A program made the translations under genes and the position numbers. A DNA stretch of 64,000 nucleotides from Octopus bimaculoides (Eukaryota): the NCBI RefSeq assembly GCF_001194135.2, contig NC_068982.1:124518271-124582270 (forward strand), written 5' to 3'. Positions 51,895 through 64,000 of this stretch are shown one piece after another (within the stretch, counting starts at the first letter, position 1; every line of letters starts with the position of its first letter). The notes beneath the pieces were generated by a model. It did not search any database. It was not told the DNA's origin and saw only the letters and a list, made by a program, of their open reading frames with translations.

Positions 51895-52282
51895 TTGTTG
51901 TTGTTGGCACTCCGTCGCTTACGACATCGAAGGTTCCAGTTGATCCGATCAACGGAACAGCCTGCTCGTGAAATTAACGTGCAAGTGGCTGAGCACTCCA
52001 CAGACACGTGTACCCTTAACGTAGTTCTCGGGGATATTCAGCGTGACACAGTGTGACAAGGCTGACCCTTTGAATTAAGGCACAACAAAAACAGGAAGTA
52101 AGGGTGAGAGAAGTTGTGGTGAAAGAGTACAGCAGGGTTCGCCCCCCCACCCCTGCCGGAGCCGCGTGGAGCTTTAGGTGTTTTCGCACAATAAACACTC
52201 ACAACGCCCGGTCTGGGAACCGAAACCGCGATCCTATGACCGCGAGTCCGCTGCCCTAACCACTGGGCTATTGCACCTCCAC
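51895..52282 (-). mobile_element. SINE family B, full length
   Basis: Highly similar to the 47294 copy; 12-bp TSD TAACTTGTAATA (51883-51894, 52283-52294). Confidence 0.92.
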
Positions 52283-53025
52283 TAACTTGTAATAGTTATG
52301 TAGTGAAAGAAAAAAGACTTTGGTACAATGACTTGTAGTATCGCTTCAATTGTTTAAGCAAGTGCGTGAGGCAACTCTGGCCATGTTTTAGACTTGTGAC
52401 ACTTCCTCAGCGAAGTATAGATTTCACTGTACTTGCCGATATAGTGATGTCTTTTCCTTACAATAAATGTCCTTTGAATTTATTTCCTGGTCTTACTAAA
52501 TTAAATATGTTAATACTGGCTTAACTGTTTTGTCTGGCAGTTGGCATCTCTGAATTATTAACTTCAGATATCTATATTTAATTTCACTTAGACGCTCACA
52601 CTAACTGGTCCACATTGTAAATCACAAAAAGCTTAGTCCCCCACTCCGGAAGCACTGCACATGTTCAACCATTATGTAGAGAAAGGAGATAGTAACTTAG
52701 TTTTGTAAGGATATATTTTCAGTGCTCAATTTTAAGTGTTAAGTTTCACAATGGAGATCCCGAAGATAGAAGGATCCTCTCTTCTTCCACTCTTCTTGTC
52801 TCACCGTTTCAGGGCTTATATTATCTACAACGACCAGTCGTTTTATCAACTCCCTCCAATACACCTCTGTGAACGTATTTTTTCCAGCAGTTGTCGATCA
52901 AGAACAACATCAGTCTGACCGGTCTCGGAGGGTCTGTAAGAGCCATGGCTACTGCTCGTTTCTTTCAGTCCACACTAACAGAGAAAAATCATCTCGTCAG
53001 GATTGCATCATCTAATGTGTCCACT

Positions 53026-53201
53026 TTGCTTACCAACCACATGGTCCTGGGTTCAGTCCCACTGCGTGGCACCTTGGGCAAGTGTCTTCTACAATAGCCT
53101 CGGGCCGACCAAAGCCTTGTGAGTGGATTTGGTAGACGGAAGCTGAAAGAAGCCCGTCATATATATGTATATATATATATATGTATGTATGTAAGTGTGT
53201 A

Positions 53202-53241
<40 letters not shown>

Positions 53242-53474
53242 TGTGTGTGTGTGTGTGGTGTGGTTGTGTGTCTGTGTTTGCTCCCCTAGCATTGCTTGAC
53301 AACCGATGCTGGTGTGTTTATGTCCTCGTAACTTAGCGGTTCGGCAAAAGAGACCGATAGAATAAGTACTAAGCTTACAAAGAATAAGTCCCGGGGTCGA
53401 TTTGCTCGACTAAAGGCGGTGCTCCAGCATGGCCGCAGTCAAATGACTGAAACAAGTAAAAGAGTAAAAGAGTA
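53026..53474 (+). mobile_element. SINE family E with internal (TA/TG)n
   Basis: GGGTTCAGTCCCACTGCGTGGCACCTTGGGCAAGTGTC...GAAAGAAGCCCGTC-[microsatellite]-GCTTGACAACCGATGCTGGTG...GACTGAAACAAGTAAAAGAG. Confidence 0.88.
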
Positions 53475-53782
53475 ACACAGCAAAACACGGTAGTGACTTA
53501 TGAAAACGTTTAATATACTTTACAGTATATTATGGTTGCATAACGAAATTCCGTGCCCCTACAAGTCATTAACCTTATTTTCAAGGCCGTATGTAGGATA
53601 GGAGGGAGATTTGATAGCCATTTCTTGTAGGTCGAGTGGCTATGTAGAAGCTCTTTGTCTGGTCAAGAAACAGAAGTGTTCTTTTAGCAGATATGAATCA
53701 CTAATTGACGCATTACACTAATTGCTTCATTCATTTGCGTTATTTCCGTTTTGTATATTGATATATGAATACGTAACATAAC

Positions 53783-53846
<64 letters not shown>

Positions 53847-54184
53847 GCAATGATAATAATAATGATAATAATAATGGCGACAATAATAAACATAGCAATA
53901 ACGTCCTGGTGATCCATTCTGTTGTAAAGTAAATAATGCATTTGTTATTGCTGTCACATAAAACACATCAATAGCCAAAGCAAAGAGAGGAGCCAATGAG
54001 AGAACTTCTATGTGTTCATGAACCTGCTAGAAAGAGCAGCTAAATCTCCTGATATAAAGGAGGTTTTGTAAAATGTCGTGTACGTTCAAATGCCGCGAGA
54101 AGTATATGACCAAATGAAATGGTGCACAAATATTATTGCTGCTGCTTTTATTGTTGTTGTTGTTGTTGGTATTATTATTGTTAT

Positions 54185-54452
54185 ATGAGGGCGCGTGGCT
54201 TAGTGGTTAGGGTATTCGGCTCGCGATCGTAAGGTCGTGAGTTCAATTCTCGGAGAAGCGTTGTGTCCTTGAGCAAGACACTTTATTTGACGTTGCTCCA
54301 TTCCACTCAGCAGGCAAAAATGAGTTGTACCTGTATTCCAAAGGGCCAGCCTTGTCATATTCTGTGTCACGCTGAATCTCCCTGAGAATTACGTTAAGGG
54401 TACACGTGTCTGTGGAGTGCTCAGCCATTTGCACGTTAATTTCACGAGCAGG
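54185..54452 (+). mobile_element. SINE family C (tRNA head + CORE-like domain + family B tail)
   Basis: A box TGGCTTAGTGG, B box GAGTTCAATTCTC, CORE-like TTGAGCAAGACACTTTATTT, then the family B tail. Confidence 0.8.
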
Positions 54453-55111
54453 CACATCAGGTATATGCATCACAATCATATGTGCGCGACATGGTGACCT
54501 TATATTAAGATAAACAACGCATGACCTAGCAGGTGGGGCCCGGTTAGAACTCTCTTCAGGTTGAGTAGCCCACCACACTCAAAGATCCCTGAATGAGGAT
54601 TGTTTAAAGGTGATGAACAAAACACCTATGTTTCCAGAGGTGAATTATTCAAACCCCAAAGAATTCCTCCCCCACTACTTCTGCTCGTGATCACAGATGC
54701 ACATATTGTCAGCCACAATGGGAGATGATTTGATGATAGTGGCGTTGGTTGTAGTAGCAATACTGTTGAGACGATGACGACGGCGACGACGACGACGACG
54801 ACGATGATGATGATGGTAGTAGTGATGATAATGCTGATAGTGCTGTTGTTGTTGTTGTTGTTGATGGCGGTGGTGGTTGTGGTGAAGTGTTAACGATAAT
54901 CGAAATGATATAGAGACGACGACGACGACGACGACAATGTTGATGATGATGATGATGACGACGATGATGATGATGATGATGATGATGAGGAGGAGGAGGA
55001 GGAGGAGGAGGAGAATAGTAATGATGATGATGGTGATGGTGTTGTTGCAGTTGTCATTGTCACCCTCGTCGTTATTGTTGTAGGTAGTGGTGATTGCATT
55101 GGTTGTGGTGG

Positions 55112-55211
<100 letters not shown>

Positions 55212-55706
55212 AATAAGGATGAGAATGATTAAACAATCGAATCAAACGTATTTCGTTTATTTTATTTCTAATAAAGTGTTAATGAGTATGGTATGCTGTA
55301 CGGAAGTAGGTCAATCAACTTGACTGTATATAATTAGCACAAATGGCGGACTGTTGCGATCAATAATAGATTTCATGAGCTTTTTTTTTTCTTTTGTGTT
55401 TCTGTTTTTTTTTTTATGTCATTACAGTGATAAAGATGAATCATCAGAAAAATTTCGAAATGACATGGAGTATGATACTTTTCTCTTCTGCAACATGTGG
55501 AAGTTTATTAAAAAAGGAAAATGGTTTCCAACAGCCTGAAATACGACCTCAACAGAAAAGTATATTATAAACTGCTGAGTTGAAAAAGAGTTTTGCTTGA
55601 AAATAATTGCTGGAATATATATTTAAAAAACTCTGGTTTCATCCAGGACAGTTCAGTATCTGATGGAAGTTTAACTGAAAGTGGATGTAATGAATGTTCT
55701 TACATT

Positions 55707-55935
55707 CGGCGAGCTGGCAGAAACGTTAGCACGCTGGGCGAAATGCTTAGGGGTATTTTGTCTGCTGCTACGTTCTGAGTTCAAATTCCGCCGAGATCGA
55801 CTTAGCCTTTCATCCTTTCGGGGTCGATAAATAAAGCACCAGTTACGCACTGGGGTCGATGTAATCGACTTAATCCGTTTGTCTGTTCTTGTTTGTCCCC
55901 TCTATGTTTAGCCCCTTGTGGGCAATAAAGAATAT
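55707..55935 (+). mobile_element. SINE family A (near consensus)
   Basis: Near-identical to the 5793-6025 unit. Confidence 0.9.
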
Positions 55936-56722
55936 GAATGTTCTTTCACTTTCGATTTAGGTATAAATAACAGTAGCGCAGTTCTTAGTAGCCAAGGGAA
56001 ATATTCTTAGCGTTTGAAATGTAAATTACTAATCTCCAGCAGTGCTTATTTTTTTAGACTAAAGTTTACTGAGGAATATATCCAAAGGTTTTAGCGTTCG
56101 CTTGGTTCGCAAATTAATTAAATTTACCAGATACACGAGACCATCATAAAGGCCTGTCATGATTATTATACACCATTAGTAAAAGAGGTGCAAATGGAAC
56201 TATGTCATTTCATCAGCAATTTTATGCCCTACATTCTAAAGCCACCGTGAAATTGTATTTCTAGTTACTGTTGTTACGCTTATAACTAAATCAAGAAGAC
56301 TGATTTTATACCTTAGACACATTTTCACTTCCTAGTTCAGTTACTAATTAATGTCGTGCCGTCAGGGTTTACTTCTGAAATGAAAATTACTTTGGGGTAT
56401 GCCTAGAGATTCTAGACACCACTGTGCATCTAGTAAATTTAATTATGTAAAATTAATTAAATTTACTAAATACGTGAAACAACTATAAAAGTGTGTCATG
56501 TTTCTTATGCAACCTCATTTTGGACAAAGAAAGAGGAAACGTTTTTTCTATTTCCATGTATTGCTATCTTTTAATGTTTTACTATCGTTCTTTTTTCTCG
56601 AAGGAACAACTGAGGAAAGCACGTTATATGAAGAAACATGTTTAACTCAGTAATATACACAGATTTACATTATTTAGATTATTTACATTTGACGGATATT
56701 TGTCCTCATCTTGTTTGTTGTT

Positions 56723-56770
56723 AATACAACGTTTCGGCTGATATACCCTCCAGCCTTCATCAGGTGTCTT
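56723..56770 (-). ncRNA. Minimal type I hammerhead ribozyme motif (Penelope-type)
   Basis: Minus strand: GACAC-CTGATGA-A-GGCTG-gagggtatat-CAGCC-GAAA-CG-TT-GTATT. It has the core CUGAUGA and GAAA, a 5-bp stem II, a palindromic CG stem III, and stem I with one mismatch. Confidence 0.8.
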
Positions 56771-56805
56771 GGGGAAATTTCGAACCTGGGTTCGCATTCC
56801 TAAGG

Positions 56806-56874
56806 GCATATGGCGTAGTGGTTAAGAGCGCGGGCTACTAACCCCAAGATTGCGAGTTCGATTCCAAGCAGTGA

Positions 56875-56934
<60 letters not shown>

Positions 56935-56943
56935 CAACAACAA

Positions 56944-57026
<83 letters not shown>

Positions 57027-57142
57027 GCATAAAAAATACCGAAACGTTGTGTTAAAAACAAACAAGATGAGGACAAATATCCATCAAATGTAAATAATGT
57101 AAATAATGTGCATAATTTCTCATCTCTTAAATATAGAACTGT
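56806..57142 (+). mobile_element. tRNA-headed SINE-like element with (AAT/CAA)n spacer and Penelope-type tail
   Basis: A box TGGCGTAGTGG (56811-56821) and B box GAGTTCGATTCC, followed by a microsatellite and then AAAAAATACC-GAAACGTTGTGTT...AAATGTAAATAATGT. Confidence 0.75.
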
Positions 57143-57674
57143 AATACATATATTTGTTTTGTATTATTGTATATATTGTATGTATTCCGAATTCCTAAAC
57201 TTTTTTTCATGTTTATAATATAGAGTAAAGTTGCTGCTCTGATTTTATAACAAAAATTATTCCTAAGTATTTATTGGGCACAACCATCTCCATTAACTGT
57301 TGCACTTCACCTATTTTAAAAATCAGAAAGCGTGTCGTTCATGCAATTATGACACGTACAATAATCTTGTAAAGCAATGGATAAATAAACTATCGTCTCT
57401 GTGAAACCGTGACAGTGTTAGGGAAGTATATCTGGGAAAATTGGAGGGTAACATGTTAAAATTGCAGAAAGAAATATCATTATGTAATATATTATGTTCA
57501 TACTGTTCAGCTAGTATTCCATCCGCTACAAGACTTTGTTCTAATATTCAAACAAGATATTTATTTATCGTTCATTATAAACTTCTTATGCAGCAATTTA
57601 TTTCTATTTTTATTAGGGTGTTCTGTAAGACAGTGTGTCAAAAACAACAGCTCTAAGCTACAGGATTTGCTTTC

Positions 57675-60600
57675 GGAAAGGTAGTGAGCAGGCAGAATCG
57701 TTAGAACCTCTGGAAAAATACCTTGTAATTATCTGCTTCGGTTCTTTTCGTTTTGAGTTCAAATCTCGCTGAGCTCAACTATGCCTTTCATCCTTCGGGG
57801 TCAATAAAAATAAAGTGCCTTTTAGTTACAGGGATCGATGCAACTGATTATCCCCCTCTCCTTAAAATTAATGGCTTTATGCCTTAATTAGAAAGAATTT
57901 TTTGTACTTCTTTTTGTAGTACATATACTAAAATTAAAAGGATTTCACATTTCGGCACGGGCGACGACTTTGTTTTTGATCTTATACATACATACATACA
58001 CATACATATACATACACACATATGTANNNNNNNNNNNNNNNNNNNNNNNNNNNNNNNNNNNNNNNNNNNNNNNNNNNNNNNNNNNNNNNNNNNNNNNNNN
58101 NNNNNNNNNNNNNNNNNNNNNNNNNNNNNNNNNNNNNNNNNNNNNNNNNNNNNNNNNNNNNNNNNNNNNNNNNNNNNNNNNNNNNNNNNNNNNNNNNNNN
58201 NNNNNNNNNNNNNNNNNNNNNNNNNNNNNNNNNNNNNNNNNNNNNNNNNNNNNNNNNNNNNNNNNNNNNNNNNNNNNNNNNNNNNNNNNNNNNNNNNNNN
58301 NNNNNNNNNNNNNNNNNNNNNNNNNNNNNNNNNNNNNNNNNNNNNNNNNNNNNNNNNNNNNNNNNNNNNNNNNNNNNNNNNNNNNNNNNNNNNNNNNNNN
58401 NNNNNNNNNNNNNNNNNNNNNNNNNNNNNNNNNNNNNNNNNNNNNNNNNNNNNNNNNNNNNNNNNNNNNNNNNNNNNNNNNNNNNNNNNNNNNNNNNNNN
58501 NNNNNNNNNNNNNNNNNNNNNNNNNNNNNNNNNNNNNNNNNNNNNNNNNNNNNNNNNNNNNNNNNNNNNNNNNNNNNNNNNNNNNNNNNNNNNNNNNNNN
58601 NNNNNNNNNNNNNNNNNNNNNNNNNNNNNNNNNNNNNNNNNNNNNNNNNNNNNNNNNNNNNNTATATATATATATATTGTATGAATAGTTTAAGAATTAC
58701 GGTTGCAGACTCTATGCGTGCAACCATATTTGAATTTATTCGTGTGTGGACTGACGTGCTTCTTCCTGCTTGTGTATTTCAGAAGATACAAAATATTTAT
58801 ATCTATTTCAATAAATTTTTTCTAAAGAAGATAATGTCTTTTGCAATAACCGTCTTAAAAATGTTTTTTTTAAGATAGGTGTGGCCTGAGTGACACACAA
58901 ATGATAATATCAGTGTCCTCCCTTCTGTCTAACCCTCTGATCTCCGCTGTCTGTAAACTATTTAAACTATTTAACCATTTCAGTCTTAATGACATCCACA
59001 TTCAAGCTGCCTTACTAAAAAAATATGTCTTAGAGATTCATATAACAAACTGAAAAGTACATGACTTAATATGTTTATCAATTTGAAGGCAGCAAGCTGG
59101 CTGAATTGTAAGCAATTCAGGCAAAACGCTTAGCGGCATTTCGTCCGTATTTATGTTCTGAGTTCAAATTCCGCCGAGGTCAACTTTGCCTTTCATTTTT
59201 TTCGGTGTGGATAAATTAAGTACCATTTGAACGCTGGGGTCAACTGAGAAATTGGATAATCAACTTACTCACTCCCCCGGACTTCCTGGCCTTGTGCCAA
59301 AATTTGAAACTAATATGTTTATCAATTTAATATACACTCTAAAACACCCAGGAACAACTCGTAAATCTACTTTAATAGATATGTCAGTAGATAGAAGAAA
59401 ACCTCTTGATAATCCTGAAATAGAACACAATGTGTGACAAGGCTGTGCCTTTTGAATTATGGGTACAATTCAGTGCCGCTTACTCAACGAGTTTTTATAC
59501 GCTTCTTTACGTTATGATTTCAACTTTTGGCAAGTCGGAGAGCCGGCAGGATCGTTAAGGTGTAGCAAGAGTGCTTTGCGGTACCTGTTTTGATCCTGTA
59601 TGTTAGAAGCCCAAATCTCGTTATTCGTCCTAAATTTTCTAAATGCAGTTCTCTTTACTTCTCGAAGAAATGAACGAAAGATAACATATATACATATATA
59701 TATATATATACATATATTTATACAAATATTCGACAGAACAGTAGACTGCCTGATACCAGAAGTGAGAAAGTCGATATACATCGACCTCCAGGCAAACAGG
59801 CGGCAGTTCTGAGGAGAGGGGTCAGTCGATGGCGTCTATCCTAGGATAGGATGAAAGGCAAAGTTTACCTTAATGGAATTTGGACTCAGAACCTGAAGTC
59901 GGGACAAATATCGCTTTTACCCGAAGCATTGATAATGATCATAATATATTTGCTCGTCTTTCCTGTAGGGGTCTACAATAATAATGGTTTCAATTTTGGT
60001 ATAAGGCCAACAAGTTCACGGATGGGGATAAGTCGATTACATCGATCCCAGTGTTCAACTGGTATTCATTTTATCGATCCTGAAAGGATGAAAAGTAAAG
60101 TCGGCCTCTGCAGAATTTGAACTTAAAGACGTAAAATCGGAAGAAATGACGCTAAACATGTTTTCCAGAGGTGATAACGATTCTGCCAGCTCACCACCTT
60201 AGCATCTACTATAATAATACTCTTATGTTTTTCTCCGTCACAATATATGAATGAGAAAGGAAGGGGTGACAGATGAATAAAGAAAGAAGGAGTAATGATA
60301 AACTGATAGTGGGAGCGTTTCAATCCTGTGTGAGTATATAAGTGTGTATGTAAAAGGGAGGTATGTGAATGTTTGTGTGTGTCTGTGTGTGTGTAACAAA
60401 CGATGATCGATGTCACATCTCAAAAGACAACCACCATGTAACATTGACAAGTGTATTAATTTGATTGACCATCCATATTTATATATAAAATACCACAATT
60501 AGCCGTCATTTTTTAAGGCACGGAGTCAGATAGTCTATAATAATAAAGGGGTCAGATTTCGGTACAATGCCAGCAATTTTGGAGGAGGGAGAAAGTCGAT

Positions 60601-61165
60601 GTACCAATGCTCAACTGGTACTCATTTTATCGATTCCGAAAAGATGGAAAGCAAAGCTAGAAGAAATTCTAACGAAGCATTTTCCCAAAGCAATAACGAT
60701 TCTTATTTCTTTATTGCCCACAAGGGGCTAAACATAGAGAGGACAAACAAGGGCAGACAAAGGGATTAAGTCGATTACATCGACTCCAGTGCGTAACTGG
60801 TACCTAATTTATCGAAGGGATGAAAGGCAAAGTCGACCTCGGTGGAATTTGAACTCAAAACGTAACGACAGACGTAATACCGATAAGCATTTCGCCCGGC
60901 GTGCTAACGTTTCTGCCAGCTCGCCGCTCAATGCTTCTATAATAATAATAATTTCTATTATAGTCACAAGGCCTGAAATTTGTAGGGAGCGGGTAAGTCG
61001 ATCACAATGACCCCAGTGCTTGATTGATACTTAATTTATTAATCCCGAAAGGATGAAAGGCGAAGTGGGTCTCGGAGGAATTTGAACTCAGAACGTAAAG
61101 TCGGAAGAAATGCTGTGAAGCATTTTTCCTCGACGCGGTAACGATTCTGCCAGCTCGCCGCCCTA
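57675..61165. mobile_element. SINE family A cluster: + 57675-57897, 59085-59312; - 59770-59900, 59990-60200, 60540-60700, 60705-60927, 60960-61165
   Basis: Recurrent family A head, B-box and central-domain motifs in both orientations. Confidence 0.75.
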
Positions 61166-61371
61166 GCGTCTACAATAATAATAATAATAATAATAATAAT
61201 GATTATTATTAACGCTTGTTGCAAAGGCAAATGACTTCACTATAGTATTCCAGCTCTGCAGCAATAGGCTTCAATGCACAATTAAAATAATGTATTGTTG
61301 TTGTTGTCGTCGTCGTCATCATCATCATCGTCATCGTTGTCGTCGTCGTCGTCGTCGTCGTCACCACCACC

Positions 61372-61418
<47 letters not shown>

Positions 61419-62124
61419 TCAATCCTCGTCAACTTCAACACTAGCTTCACTAGATAATTATTAAATAACATTACTCCATCTAACATTAGTCGACATTATA
61501 AAATGTCCTCTACTCAACATTTTTACCATTTTTTGAAAACTATCGCTGACATCTCTTAAAACCTTGACAACGATGACTCATATATTTCTGCTGTCAAGAA
61601 ACCAGTTTTTATTTGCTTACAACATGTACACTGCTTATTATGTTATATACACAGTGATCATCTCCCCATATACTGCTTATTTATTCATCTGCGTATTTAT
61701 TCAGTTAGAAAATTGTGTACGGCAATGTTTGTAGTGGTAAAAATCTTTTGTGCTATATTACGAAATGTCGAAAAGGCAGTGGATTGCCAGAAACAACAGA
61801 CAGGCGAACAATAATGCCATTGTAGTATTAAGTTTTGTTTTTTTTATGTGCAGAGTTCGAATCTTGTCGGGTCAAACTTTGGTTTTCATTTTTCTGAGGT
61901 CGGTAAAAATAATTGCCAATGAAGTGTGGTGAAGTCAATCCTGATCTTTTTCATTTGAAGATTTAATTATCAATGGATTCCTTTCAAATTTACCACACAG
62001 ATGTAGTTTTGCATGCTGATGATGAATACTGCATTCATTTTTGCGAAAAATTAATAATAAACAAGATAGAAGCACTTAAAAGTTATATATTTTTAGCCAA
62101 TGAAAATAAATCCAGTGTCCACAC

Positions 62125-62159
62125 AAGCGGAAGTCGAAACTGTTTGCTGCTATGGTAAC
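62125..62159 (+). promoter_or_regulatory. Candidate ETS site + RFX X-box-like motif
   Basis: AAGCGGAAGT (62125-62134) and GCTGCTATGGTAAC (62146-62159). Confidence 0.3.
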
Positions 62160-63050
62160 CTATTTGCCATAGACACAAACAAAGTATCGTTGAAAATGAA
62201 GACAAGAGAACCGTGAAAATATTGTCGATACTATCGACTATATTACAGTTCTACCAAATATTTTGTTTTTTTTGCCCATGTTAATGATCAGTAATGCTAA
62301 ACACTAAAACAGTATTTGGTAGAATCGAGAGACCATCGGAAGTGCTTGGTAGAATCGGTAGAATCGGTAGACAATTTCGTTCAGTGTAGTATTTGGTTAC
62401 GTTCTGGGTTGAAAACTGCGGCATGGTCGATAAGATAAGCAGCAGTTAAGCACTGGAATCGATTTGGTCGACTGTAACCACAAGAAAATATATGCATACC
62501 GCTTTGCGATTGATCTACGTGTCAAAAAAAAAAAAAAGACACCAGCTAAATCTCCTTTAAAGTATAATCTTAATAAAAACGAACGAAACAGTGAACAACG
62601 TTGTTTTGGAAAGTCCCCCCCCCCCACACATATGAACAAGATATCCCTGATCAAAAGTTTGTTTGAACGGAGATAACGTCAAACTATATTGCTAAACCTT
62701 GAAAAATTATGAAGGTACGTGACTCAATGCTTAGGGGTTTTCAACTCAATCGTATGGTCGTGGTTTCGATTCCGAGTACAAGCTTTAGGCTATGTTGTCT
62801 TGAGAAAAACACTTGTTTTCACGTTGTTCCAGTTCATTCAACTGGAGGGTTAACCCTACGACTGTGTAATGTCATGTTTTATAAGGAGTATTAAATTCTC
62901 AGTCTTTTATACACCATAGACAACAGGGATAACCACTGGGTTAATGCGCCGGTAAGCTTAACAAATTTAACAAAGATATGGATTATCAGATAATCCATAA
63001 GGAATATGATATACAAATATAAGTATGTATATTTCGAATATTAATAGAAG

Positions 63051-63410
63051 CGCAGGCTTGCTTCCCAACCAGGTGGTCTTCGGTTCAGTCTCACTGTGTG
63101 GCAATTTGGGCAAAGGTATTTTACTATAGCTCTTTGCGATTTAATTTGGTAGACGAAAAGCGAAAGAAGCCCGTCGTGTGTGTGCATACATACACACATG
63201 CATACGTACGCGCGCGCATGTTTATGTCCCCCACCACCGTTTGACAACCAGTGTTGATTTGTTTACGTACCTGTAACATAGCGGTTCTGCAAAAGTGACC
63301 GATAGAATAAGTACCAGGCTTACAAACATAAGAGTTGATTTTTTTTCGACCAAACCCTTAAAGTGTTGCCCCAGCATGGCTGCAGTCCAGTGACTGGAAC
63401 ATATAACAGA
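63051..63410 (+). mobile_element. SINE family E, diverged
   Basis: Same 5' and 3' modules around a short (GT/CA) tract. Confidence 0.8.
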
Positions 63411-63953
63411 TTGCGAAGTGTATTTCTATTTAAGAGAAGAAAAAATTATGAAATTCGACTGATTTTTGCACTGAGTTACAAGCCAAAAGATCTGAAGAAC
63501 CTAATTAATTAATGAATAGGATTGAAAATTAATGTGATTTTGAATACAGATTGTCAGGGATTTTACATTAGTGATTTTCCCGATGACTAGAGTATATGGC
63601 ACCAGAATAAAACCGTTATTGCGGCCATACATGAACATTGAGCCTATTTTCTTTGACAGTGGGCGAGTCACGAATCGCTTATCTATCACTTAACAAGAGA
63701 CCACATTGCCGATTACGCCATGCTCAAGATGCGTTTCTTTCGTTTTCAATTAAGATACGTTCGTATCTTCTTTGGCCAAACTTTTGACCTCTAACACATT
63801 CCTCGATTGACAAAGGATAAAAATACAATTGTCGATATTTTTGTTGGTCTTCTTTCAATTTGGAAAAAGCAGTGAACCAATGTTTTATAATCTTAGATAT
63901 TTGTGTGGGTGGGATGTCATAAAAATACGAGGTTAAATATATTTTATTAATTT

Positions 63954-64000
<47 letters not shown>

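Noticed and set aside
52730-53010. Possible RTE 3' relic on the minus strand (similar faint signal at 29930-30170)
   Set aside because: Too decayed to assign by eye.
55429-55539. Strong polypyrimidine acceptor followed by DKDESSEKFRNDMEYD...
   Set aside because: Short, no homology recognised and only a weak donor.
56806-56878. Functional tRNA-Ser gene
   Set aside because: The acceptor and T stems do not pair and there is no variable arm or terminator; it is a SINE-type head.

Overview
AT-rich, repeat-saturated eukaryotic DNA from a gapped draft assembly (about 20 N-gaps, mostly bordered by microsatellites). The SINE families and the heavy (CATA)n/(ATCT)n/(CA)n load resemble an octopus/cephalopod genome (inference from recalled repeat sequences, not a database search). 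No host protein-coding gene can be supported; the window looks intergenic or intronic. It contains one apparently intact tRNA-Gln(TTG) gene; more than 35 copies of at least four modular tRNA-derived SINE families; LINE relics (RTE, RTE-BovB-like, CR1-like, two R4/Dong-like restriction-endonuclease elements); a complete but decayed Tc1 (DD34E); a DD37D mariner fragment; a Helitron with a RepHel remnant; a Helentron/HINE-like element; and a hAT MITE. The most striking signal is a tRNA-headed element carrying a Penelope-type minimal hammerhead ribozyme in an inverted-duplication arrangement (56664-57142). A second, sequence-unrelated mini-hammerhead with the same architecture lies at 17859-17894. 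All repeat boundaries were read by eye and are approximate unless termini or TSDs are quoted.
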